NCBI GenBank assembly: GCA_949296775.1
Contig: CASFQA010000004.1
Span: 3,698-67,697 of the forward strand
Direction of reading: 5' to 3'
DNA length: 64,000 nucleotides
DNA from: an uncultured bacterium
GTDB lineage: Bacteria; Bacillota_I; Bacilli_A; RFN20; CAG-826
Shown: piece after piece, positions 56,344 to 64,000 of the stretch
Layout: every line of letters starts with the position of its first letter
Position numbering within the stretch: the first letter of the stretch is position 1
Translations under genes and position numbers: made by a program
The notes under the pieces: generated by a model
Told to the model about the DNA's origin: nothing
Databases searched by the model: none
Seen by the model: the letters and a program-made list of their open reading frames with translations, nothing else

Positions 56344-57143
56344 AGCCCTTCTTCCTCCAAAATAGATTTTATATCCTCGCTTCGGAATCCCTTCCGGGCT
56401 AAGCAAGAATATATCCTTTCCTTTAAATCATACCCTTGATATTTCCGTTCGTAACGGGCTTTCGCGCGGATGAACTCTTTTCTTAGGCTAGCCCGTTCGC
56501 CTTCGCCATCAATGGGGAAAGAGCAACCTTCTACCGCCGCTTCCGCGACCGATAAATCATAGCCCTGGTTTTGCAAGGCGGATAATAGCTTGGCTTTTTT
56601 CTGGCTTGAAGGGTACTTCGACAGTTTTTGGACTTTCGATTTGGCGAATTCCTCGGCCCGGGCCATCTCTTTTTCGCAATCAAAGGATAAGCGGGAGAGC
56701 ATAGAGGCTCCAATGCCTCTTTTCCGCAGCTCAAAGCGGATCCTTTTCTCGCCATATAAAGCCGGATAAGCCCGATACTCAAGATATTCCTCAACTAGGC
56801 GGCGATCATCGATTAAGCCCTGGGATCGCAAGCGATCGACAGTAGTTCGGATAGCCTTTTCGTCATCGCTTTTCTTAGCTAGGCGATCATAGACCTCCTT
56901 TTCTGAGAGCGATTTGGACGAAAGCCACCCGAGGGCTTGTTTATACAAAGCATCGGAATCGGCGAATTCCTTCAGCCGCCGGTATTCCTCTTCCCCGACC
57001 TTCTTCCCGAGGAAAAGATGAAAATCGGTATAAGAATCAGGGCTTAGCCAGAGGGCCGAGTCATCGGAAAAGGCAACCTCGATCCCTTTTTTGCTCGGCT
57101 TAATCGATTTTATCGAAAGCTCACCAGGATTTCTTGGCGACAC
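56340..57143 (-). CDS. recX: RecX family regulator
   Basis: AL.WLS.K..SEKEV, GLIDDRR, YGEKRIRFELRKRG, RKGF; GTG start inferred. Confidence 0.8.
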   Translation of the reverse strand: MSPRNPGELSIKSIKPSKKGIEVAFSDDSALWLSPDSYTDFHLFLGKKVGEEEYRRLKEFADSDALYKQALGWLSSKSLSEKEVYDRLAKKSDDEKAIRTTVDRLRSQGLIDDRRLVEEYLEYRAYPALYGEKRIRFELRKRGIGASMLSRLSFDCEKEMARAEEFAKSKVQKLSKYPSSQKKAKLLSALQNQGYDLSVAEAAVEGCSFPIDGEGERASLRKEFIRAKARYERKYQGYDLKERIYSCLARKGFRSEDIKSILEEEGL

Positions 57144-58296
57144 GTTTATAAACCTCGTAGACATTGCAATAAAACTTCTCCATCGAATATTCCTCGATCG
57201 ATTGGCTGGCGGCATTGCCAAGCTTCCTTCGCCCCGCTCCCCCTAAATCGTGAATACGCTTTAGCTTTAGGGCGAAGTCGCCCTCATCAGCGAAGAAGAA
57301 ACCATTGACCCCATCTTGGACCGTCCCCGAAAGATTATCGTCATAACGGGCCAAAACCGGTAGATGGGCAGCCATGGCTTCCATGAAAGTGAGACCTTGG
57401 GTTTCGGTTAAAGAAGCCGAAGCGAAAACATCCCCTAGATGATAATACCATTGGGTTTGGTCAGGGGCGCATTTGCCGGTGAAGATGACCCTGTCGCTTA
57501 TCTGCAAGGCGGCGGCTAACTCCTGCAGCTCCTTTTCCGCCGGGCCCCACCCAGTCACCAATAACTTGGCTTTGATATTGGGGAAACGGCTTAAAAAGAC
57601 CGCAAAACCCCTAATAACGACATCGATTGATTTTTCCTTCGCGATCCTTCCTAAAGACAGCAAGACAAAGTCATCGCTTGATAGGCCGAACTGCCGGCGC
57701 AGCTGCTCCGTCTTTTCCCTATCCTCGTTTAAGGGCGAGAAACGCTCAAACTCGATTCCGGTCGGGATAACGGTCACGGTCGAATCTATCCCGATCGAGC
57801 GCAGATAATCCTTGGTCTTGATGCTCGGGGCGATGAATTCGTCATATAGTCCGGTCTTGCCCCGGAAATAAAGCCGGATGGCTTGCCTAGCGAAGCGATC
57901 GAAATGGCCTTTGGTCACATAATAGGCATAATCCTCATAAAGGGTGTGGAAAGTATAGACCGACCCAATATGAAGCCTCGCGGCGACGAGATTGCCGAAT
58001 ATCGACACCCCGACATCGTGCTGGCAATGAACGATATCCGGGCGGAAATTTACGATGATCCTCATGGCTTTCTCGTTGTAAAAGGAGGATAACCGGTAAT
58101 CGTAAAGCCGCTTAAGGCGAAGGCCGGGCAACCGAATGACCCCATTCTCGAAACTTACTTCCTTCGAGAAAGGGTTGGTCGTGACCACCAACACTTGATG
58201 GCCGTGGTTTTCTAGCGTCTTCCGGAGGTTGTAAGTCGAGGTGGCGACCCCGTTTATCTCAGGGGGATAGGTATCGGAGAAAAGCGCGATCTTCAT
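57121..58296 (-). CDS. GT4 glycosyltransferase (monoglucosyl-diacylglycerol synthase-like)
   Basis: FSDTYPPEINGVATS, HTLYEDY, IPTGI, GRIAKEK, ETQGLTFMEAMA. Confidence 0.9.
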   Translation of the reverse strand: MKIALFSDTYPPEINGVATSTYNLRKTLENHGHQVLVVTTNPFSKEVSFENGVIRLPGLRLKRLYDYRLSSFYNEKAMRIIVNFRPDIVHCQHDVGVSIFGNLVAARLHIGSVYTFHTLYEDYAYYVTKGHFDRFARQAIRLYFRGKTGLYDEFIAPSIKTKDYLRSIGIDSTVTVIPTGIEFERFSPLNEDREKTEQLRRQFGLSSDDFVLLSLGRIAKEKSIDVVIRGFAVFLSRFPNIKAKLLVTGWGPAEKELQELAAALQISDRVIFTGKCAPDQTQWYYHLGDVFASASLTETQGLTFMEAMAAHLPVLARYDDNLSGTVQDGVNGFFFADEGDFALKLKRIHDLGGAGRRKLGNAASQSIEEYSMEKFYCNVYEVYKRVAKKSW

Positions 58297-59720
58297 ATGT
58301 TCCAATGCTCCCAGGAATCATCCTCGGCCGGAGTGGCGGTCTTCTTTTTGCCGACCTTCGGAAGTTTGGTCTTTTTGGGTTTCGTTTTTAACGGGGTCGG
58401 TTGCTTCGAAGGCTCCGCCGGTTTATCTAAAGTCGGCATAGCCGCCATATCATCAGGAAGGTGGATTTCCCCCGTATTGACATGGTCCTTTTTGGAAAAA
58501 GCCTCGCCGATCCGCTTCTGGAGGGCCCGCCGAGACAGCTGCCTCGTCTCGAATAAGGTATCGGAACTCTTTTTCCGTTCTTCATATGTTGCGAGCTGGA
58601 TATCGACGAAGGTCCGGCGATTGGCATAATGAATTGGCTCTTTGGGGCGCGAACGGTATAAGGCGGCCGTTAGACCCGATACTAAGAACATGAGATGGAA
58701 AGTGGCTGTCCGCCAAATGATCTGGGCCGAAGCGAGCAAAGTCGAATCGGCGATCATGGTCGAAAACAGCGCGTTGAAGAAAAACTCCGAAACCCCGGCC
58801 GAACCCGGCAAAGGAATAAGCCCGGTCACCATTTGGTGGAAGGCGGCTAAGAAAATAGAATGGACGAGTTGAGGGAAGGAAAAGGAGTAGGCCCCGATCG
58901 ATAAGCCGGAGAAATACGGCACCGAATTCCGAAGCAAGAGCATAACCAAGAACAAGAAAAGCTGGAGTATCAAAACCGGGATGTTGGACATAAGGCGGCG
59001 CAACTCGATTTTGAAGTTCTCGACCTGGATCCTTAATGATTCCCGCGTCCGATCCGGATGCTTGACTAAACGGATCTTCCCCAGAAAACCGATGACGTAA
59101 TGAATGATGAAATTGTGGAACCGATGGGAATAGCTCATCACGACCAGCAAGAAGATAATCGAGATGTTAAGCAAAAAGCCGATGATGACAAGCGGGACCA
59201 TCGGCAGATAAAGCTCGGATCCCGGGATGTGATAATGAGGGGCGGAAAGTATAACGTCCATCTCGTAAAAGAAAGCGAAGATATCAAGCCCGACCAAAGC
59301 CGACTGGAACAAAATGAACCACATGACGAAGATCGAGGCGGCATTGCTGACCGTCACCCCTTGGCTTTTCAAGGTGTAGCACTGCATCACTTGCCCGCCA
59401 GATGAACCGGGGGTGACGTTGGAATAGAACTGCCCGACCAAGGAAGCGGCGAGCCCTTGGTGGAATTTATACTTCCGGGTGTAAAGCCGGCAGAAAATCA
59501 AGATGATCAAACCGTCGACGCAGTAAGAGAGGAAGACGAGGCCGAGGATCAAAATCAGAAACCGCCAATCAGCGGTCCTAAGCGATTCCACGACCTCGTT
59601 GAATTGTCCGTTTAAGGCAAAGAAAAGCGAAAGCGCCGTCGCGATCAAAACAATGGCGATATATAGGAAGTACTTATAGTTTTTCCGGCTCCCGAGTATT
59701 TTCGCGTCGTTTTCTGCCAT
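58293..59720 (-). CDS. lysylphosphatidylglycerol synthase TM-domain (UPF0104 flippase-like) protein
   Basis: Multi-TM; NVTPGSSGGQ, PLPGSAGVSE, IWR; charged C-terminal tail; in operon with GT4. Confidence 0.85.
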   Translation of the reverse strand: MAENDAKILGSRKNYKYFLYIAIVLIATALSLFFALNGQFNEVVESLRTADWRFLILILGLVFLSYCVDGLIILIFCRLYTRKYKFHQGLAASLVGQFYSNVTPGSSGGQVMQCYTLKSQGVTVSNAASIFVMWFILFQSALVGLDIFAFFYEMDVILSAPHYHIPGSELYLPMVPLVIIGFLLNISIIFLLVVMSYSHRFHNFIIHYVIGFLGKIRLVKHPDRTRESLRIQVENFKIELRRLMSNIPVLILQLFLFLVMLLLRNSVPYFSGLSIGAYSFSFPQLVHSIFLAAFHQMVTGLIPLPGSAGVSEFFFNALFSTMIADSTLLASAQIIWRTATFHLMFLVSGLTAALYRSRPKEPIHYANRRTFVDIQLATYEERKKSSDTLFETRQLSRRALQKRIGEAFSKKDHVNTGEIHLPDDMAAMPTLDKPAEPSKQPTPLKTKPKKTKLPKVGKKKTATPAEDDSWEHWNI

Positions 59721-59800
59721 ACCGACTTATTTTAGCCTATTAAGGCTAAGCAATAAATACGGTTGGCGGAAAAGCCCGCAAAAACAAAACGAAAATATTC

Positions 59801-59828
59801 AAAAGAAAAACCCGGCAATTCCGCCGGG
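59801..59828 (-). terminator. terminator after the TetR gene
   Basis: CCCGGC/GCCGGG stem with TTTTTCTTTT on the minus strand. Confidence 0.75.
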
Positions 59829-59848
59829 CTAGCGCAAATTAAGGCTCT

Positions 59849-60406
59849 TTAATCGTTATCTGCGGGTTTATCCAAAAGATTTTGGTTCTTGAAAATCTGA
59901 AAGTACTCGATGAATTTCCTAATCAGTTCGACCGCGGTGATATCCCGTCCAGAGCTCAGCCAGCGCCGGAACATGCCCATGCAACCATAGATAATGAAGA
60001 TGGTGAAATAGCGGGTGGCCTTCGCATCGGCATCAAACCCTTTTTGGCTTAACAACACCGGTTCGACCAGCTCTACCATCTTATTGGCGAAATACCCAGG
60101 CGCCGAATCAAGGATAATCGTTAGCTCCTCGGAATTCTTCCGAATATGAGCCCCGATATGGAGAACGGTCTCCTCGCTTCGGCCTAAGTAAGCGACGGCG
60201 ATCTTTTTGATCTCGCTGATCTGACGATTGGTGATCTCCTCGAGGACATCGCCGACCGAGTGGTAATGCAAATAAAAGGTCGAGCGGGAAAGGTTGCAGC
60301 CTTTGCAAATGTCGGAAACGCTGATTTCCGTCGGGGATTTGGTCTTTAAGGCTTTAAGCACGTAACGCCTTATAAGATCAGTCGTGCGGATGATTCTTCT
60401 ATCCAT
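59849..60406 (-). CDS. TetR/AcrR family transcriptional regulator
   Basis: MDRRIIRT, ISVSDICKGCNLSRSTFYLHY HTH. Confidence 0.9.
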   Translation of the reverse strand: MDRRIIRTTDLIRRYVLKALKTKSPTEISVSDICKGCNLSRSTFYLHYHSVGDVLEEITNRQISEIKKIAVAYLGRSEETVLHIGAHIRKNSEELTIILDSAPGYFANKMVELVEPVLLSQKGFDADAKATRYFTIFIIYGCMGMFRRWLSSGRDITAVELIRKFIEYFQIFKNQNLLDKPADND

Positions 60407-60523
60407 GTCGGTGACTCCTTTTCAACATACGTAGTTTAATAGACAAAACTATCTTTGTGTAGCCTTTTTGCCGTTTTACAAAGCAAGCTAGACCGCTTAA
60501 GATTAGATCCGGAGGCAAAATTC

Positions 60524-61300
60524 ATGATCATGACCAACAAGGATTCCCTTTCTTTGCTTTGCATCGGCAATTCCTTTTCCGACGATGCCGTCGATTACCT
60601 ATTTCCTATCCTCAAAGACCACGGGGTGAAGGAACTCCATATCGGCAACCTTTACATCGGCGGCTGCTCTTTGGAACGCCACTATAAAAACATCAAGGAG
60701 AATATCCCCGACTATTCCTACCGGGTCTATCGTTACGATGGCCTCGACGATCATCCCGATTACACCCTTGAAAAAGCATTGCTGGAACGAAAATGGGATG
60801 TCCTGACCCTTCAGCAATACAGCGGCCACTCGGGCTGCCCCGATACCTACGGCGATCTTGTCCCGATCATCGAGTATCTTCGGGGAAAATGCCCGAACCC
60901 GGATTTCCGGTTGCTTTGGCAGATGACCTGGGCCTATCAAGCCGATTCCGATCATTGGGACTTCCCCCTCTACGGCAATGACCAGAAGAAAATGCTCCAA
61001 GCCATCATCGATACCGTGAAAGAGAAGGTATTGCCCACTAAGCAATTCGCCGGCATCATCCCCTCGGGAATCGCGGTGCAGAACCTCCGGGGGAGCCGGC
61101 TGGGCGACACCCTCACCCGAGATGGCTTCCATATGTCCTTTGACGTCGGCCGCTTCTTGGTCAGCTTGACCTGGGCTTATACCCTTTATGGCTATTTCCC
61201 GATAAGCGAAATCAAAACCGCCGCCCTGCCAGAGAAAGTCAAAGCCAATCTCGACATCATCGAGGAGGCGGCGAAAAAAGCCATCGAATACCGATTCTAG
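60524..61300 (+). CDS. SGNH/GDSL-like hydrolase (DUF4886-like)
   Basis: IGNSFS, LYIGGCSL, WDVLTLQQ, TWAY, RDGFH. Confidence 0.75.
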   Translation: MIMTNKDSLSLLCIGNSFSDDAVDYLFPILKDHGVKELHIGNLYIGGCSLERHYKNIKENIPDYSYRVYRYDGLDDHPDYTLEKALLERKWDVLTLQQYSGHSGCPDTYGDLVPIIEYLRGKCPNPDFRLLWQMTWAYQADSDHWDFPLYGNDQKKMLQAIIDTVKEKVLPTKQFAGIIPSGIAVQNLRGSRLGDTLTRDGFHMSFDVGRFLVSLTWAYTLYGYFPISEIKTAALPEKVKANLDIIEEAAKKAIEYRF

Positions 61301-62061
61301 GCGTCTTTCTTCATCGTTTTCGCGCTGGTTTTGGCGATGAATTTCCGAGATACGAACCTTGAGGCGAAAACGGTCAGCTTATTCTTGAAGCCGATGACGG
61401 CGAGCGTTTTCCCCTTCTTTGATTTCGTATAGCCAAACTGGGCCACGTATTCCGCGGATACCGGCTTGATCTTGGAGAACGTGTAGTCGTTATGGGCTTT
61501 GCTGACGAAAGCCGAATTGAAAGGCCCCGGGCAAAGGGTCAGCAATTTGACGTTGGTCTTCCTCAATTCATAGGCAATCGATTCGCCTAACAGCAAAACG
61601 AAGCCTTTGGTCGCGTGATAGGTGCACATATAAGGCCCGGGGTAGAAACCGGCGATGGAGGAGACGTTGATGATATGCCCTTCGTCGTTTTTAAGCATAT
61701 CGGTTAGGAAAACCCGGGTGAAATACAAAACGGCATTGCAATTGACTTCGGTCATGTCAAGCTGCTTGGCGATGGCCATATCCTTGAAGTCCGAACGGTC
61801 GCCGAACCCCGCGACGTTAAGCAGGTAGTTGACGAAATAACCGGCGGACTGGCAATGGTCGTACACCTTTTCCAGCTCCTCCCGCTTGGTGAGGTCAGCC
61901 GGGAGGATATCGATATCCCCGCCTAGTTCGGAAGCGACTTTTTTAAGCCCCTCCTCGTCTTTGTCGACCAAAACCAAAGCGTGCCCATCGCGGGCGTAAA
62001 GCTTGGCGAACTCCTTGCCAAGCCCCGAAGCGGCCCCGGTCACTAAGGTAACTCTTTTCAT
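61297..62061 (-). CDS. short-chain dehydrogenase/reductase
   Basis: TGAASGLG, NVAGFG, NVSS, YHATK (YxxxK). Confidence 0.93.
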   Translation of the reverse strand: MKRVTLVTGAASGLGKEFAKLYARDGHALVLVDKDEEGLKKVASELGGDIDILPADLTKREELEKVYDHCQSAGYFVNYLLNVAGFGDRSDFKDMAIAKQLDMTEVNCNAVLYFTRVFLTDMLKNDEGHIINVSSIAGFYPGPYMCTYHATKGFVLLLGESIAYELRKTNVKLLTLCPGPFNSAFVSKAHNDYTFSKIKPVSAEYVAQFGYTKSKKGKTLAVIGFKNKLTVFASRFVSRKFIAKTSAKTMKKDA

Positions 62062-62113
62062 CGTGATGCTCCTTTTATCGGCTAAATTAAACCGCTAGAA
62101 AAGAGGAAAAGGC

Positions 62114-62140
62114 AAAAGAAATCCCCGTCGGCGACGGGGA
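62114..62140 (-). terminator. terminator after rhaD
   Basis: TCCCCGTC/GACGGGGA stem with TTTCTTTT on the minus strand. Confidence 0.75.
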
Positions 62141-62146
62141 GAATGC

Positions 62147-62977
62147 TTAATCAAGGTAACCGTCTTTGACTTTGACCCCGAATAGATCCGCCAATTGCTT
62201 CATCGCCTGATCGGTGATGGTGTTTACCGGTTTCTTATCGAAGGTCAGCATATAAATCTGGGCGGCTTTCTCAACCGTCTCGATAAGGCCGAAGGTCTCA
62301 TCGAGATTCCTTCCCGCCCCGTAGATTCCGTGCATCGCCCAGACGACCAGCCGGGACTCCTTCATCTTCTCGGCGGTCGCTTTCCCGATCTCGGTCGTCC
62401 CACAGAGCATCCAAGGCAGGACGGCGACGCCGTCGGGGAAGACGACGACGCATTCGGTGCACATCCGCCAAAGGTCTTTGGTAAAGCTCTTTTCGTCAAG
62501 TTCATGGACGAAGTTCATCGCCAAGGTATAAGTCGGGTGGCAGTGCATGACGACTCGGTTTTCCGGATCGACGCTTAGCCTGGCGATATGGCTCATCATA
62601 TGGGCCGGGAACTCGCTGGTCGGCCGCCCTCCATCTTCAAACCCCCAAAGCAGATCGAGCGACTTCCCGCCTTCGCCTACCCGGACCACCCCTAGGTTGA
62701 TTTCGGGTTCCCGCCGGACGTTTTTGAAGTACTTGCCGGTCCCCGTGACCAAGAAGCATTTCCCGATAAGGGGGGTGATATCGAAATCAACGGCATGGAC
62801 CCCCATTAAGGGGATGACCCGTTTGACCGAGCGCGGGTCAAGGTACTCTTTGACCTCGTCATCGTTCAAAAGCAACGAGATATTCCCGCCGTTGCGCTCA
62901 TCCCAGCCCAACCGATACATATTGTCGGCGGTCAGGCAGAATTCCTGCAAGAAGCGGCTTTCCAAAATGTTTTTCAT
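62147..62977 (-). CDS. rhaD: rhamnulose-1-phosphate aldolase
   Basis: GWDERNGGNIS, TGTGKYFKN, PTSE..AH, HCHPT, WAMHGIYG. Confidence 0.95.
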   Translation of the reverse strand: MKNILESRFLQEFCLTADNMYRLGWDERNGGNISLLLNDDEVKEYLDPRSVKRVIPLMGVHAVDFDITPLIGKCFLVTGTGKYFKNVRREPEINLGVVRVGEGGKSLDLLWGFEDGGRPTSEFPAHMMSHIARLSVDPENRVVMHCHPTYTLAMNFVHELDEKSFTKDLWRMCTECVVVFPDGVAVLPWMLCGTTEIGKATAEKMKESRLVVWAMHGIYGAGRNLDETFGLIETVEKAAQIYMLTFDKKPVNTITDQAMKQLADLFGVKVKDGYLD

Positions 62978-62979
62978 CG

Positions 62980-64000
62980 CTATTTCCTTTCGCTTAAGAC
63001 CTTTTGCTCATATTCGCGGATCGAATGAAGGTAATCCAAGCCTAAACCGAATTGCCTTAGATATTCCTCCCATACCAACCCATAAGGCCGATCCTTGATG
63101 GCCTCGGTCTCGACGAAGAGGGTGGTGAAGTCGCCCTTATCCTGCAGTTCCTTCAGCTTCTTATTGTTGATTAGGCAGGCATAAAGCAAGGCCTTCTCCA
63201 TATTTCGCGCCCCGGTGACCCAGGCGGCGATCCGATTGATCGAGGCATCGAAGTAATCCAATCCGATCATGACCTTCTTATCGGCGTCGTTCCGGATGAT
63301 CTCCTTGGCGATTTCCTTCAATTCGTCTTCGAAGGTCACGACGTGGTCGGAATCCCACCGAACCCCCCGGGTGACATGGAGGGCGACGTTATCGTAGAAA
63401 GAAAGAAGCGAGGGAATCTTGTCGCTTACGTATTCCAAAGGATGGTAATGCCCATTATCGAGAAGGCAGCATAAATCGTTTTTGGCGGCATAGTTCATAT
63501 AGAACTCGGAATTGCCGACGGTGTAGGATTCAAGCCCGATTCCGAATACTTTGCTTTCGACGGCGACTTTGACGAGATTCCGGTCATAACCGATGGCGAT
63601 TATCTCGTCTAGGCTCTTCTTTAAGCGCAGCCGGGGTCCCAACCGATCGGCGGGGACGTCCTTATACCCATCGGGAATCCAGATGTTCATCAAGCAATGG
63701 CTCCCCATTTCCTTGGCGAAATATTCGGAAATCCGAATGCAGGCTTGGCAATGACGGACCCAGAACTTCCGGGTTTCTTCATCGGGAGAGGATAAAGAGA
63801 GCCCGTCCTTCATATGGGGGCTCGAGAACAGGGTTGGGTTGAAGTCGATCCCATCTAGCCCCTCGTCCTTGGCGAATTCAACCCACGGGGCGAAATGCTC
63901 GGGACGATAGGCGTCCCGTTCAACCTTTTCCCCTTTAAGAATGGCGTAGGAAGCGTGAAGATTGAGCCGCTTCTTACCGGGGATAAGGGAGAAAGCCTTA
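62980..64000 (-). CDS. rhaA: L-rhamnose isomerase (5' part outside the window)
   Basis: Frame open to the window edge: LNLHASY, DFNPTLFS, NIWIPDG, AVESKVFGIG.ESYTVG, LDNGHYHP, LHVTRGVRWDSDHV, GLDYFDASINR. Confidence 0.95.
   Translation of the reverse strand, partial: KAFSLIPGKKRLNLHASYAILKGEKVERDAYRPEHFAPWVEFAKDEGLDGIDFNPTLFSSPHMKDGLSLSSPDEETRKFWVRHCQACIRISEYFAKEMGSHCLMNIWIPDGYKDVPADRLGPRLRLKKSLDEIIAIGYDRNLVKVAVESKVFGIGLESYTVGNSEFYMNYAAKNDLCCLLDNGHYHPLEYVSDKIPSLLSFYDNVALHVTRGVRWDSDHVVTFEDELKEIAKEIIRNDADKKVMIGLDYFDASINRIAAWVTGARNMEKALLYACLINNKKLKELQDKGDFTTLFVETEAIKDRPYGLVWEEYLRQFGLGLDYLHSIREYEQKVLSERK

Noticed and set aside
1-64000. Genetic code 4 (TGA=Trp) as in Mycoplasma
   Set aside because: TGA terminates intact conserved genes (pgi, rny, parA, parB) at the expected positions, and Trp is encoded by TGG
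1-64000. CRISPR arrays, prophage, IS/transposase, toxin-antitoxin or defence genes
   Set aside because: No regularly spaced repeats or recognisable genes of these classes seen

Overview
Gene-dense core-genome segment (roughly 50% GC by eye) of a compact-genome Bacillota member, class Bacilli. It uses genetic code 11 (TGA is a stop, e.g. pgi, rny). Bacillus-like synteny blocks are kept (pgsA-cinA-recA-rny-ymdB-miaB; gpsB-rnpB; cca-dnaD-nth/recU; cmk-der-hup; mnmG-rsmG-parA-parB; prsA/hit/yhaM), but the cell-wall and sporulation genes normally inside them are missing. This suggests a Mollicutes-adjacent lineage such as RF39/RFN20 (inference, not verified). Contents: about 62 CDS (translation, tRNA modification, SUF Fe-S assembly, MEP enzymes IspD/IspF, peptidases, glycolipid synthesis, rhamnose catabolism cut by the right edge), five tRNAs, RNase P RNA (type B) and an FMN riboswitch. 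No CRISPR array, prophage, integrase or transposase was seen. Best leads: (1) two giant PrsA/parvulin-like lipoproteins followed by a HIT gene, resembling the Mycoplasma P80-P60-HinT locus; (2) MiaB fused to a YmcA/YlbF (RicA-like) helical domain in the RNase Y operon; (3) a roughly half-size CCA-adding enzyme; (4) two unexplained structured RNAs, upstream of rny and between the M32 and M3 peptidases; (5) many apparently leaderless genes. All protein calls come from motif recognition by eye; no database search was run.
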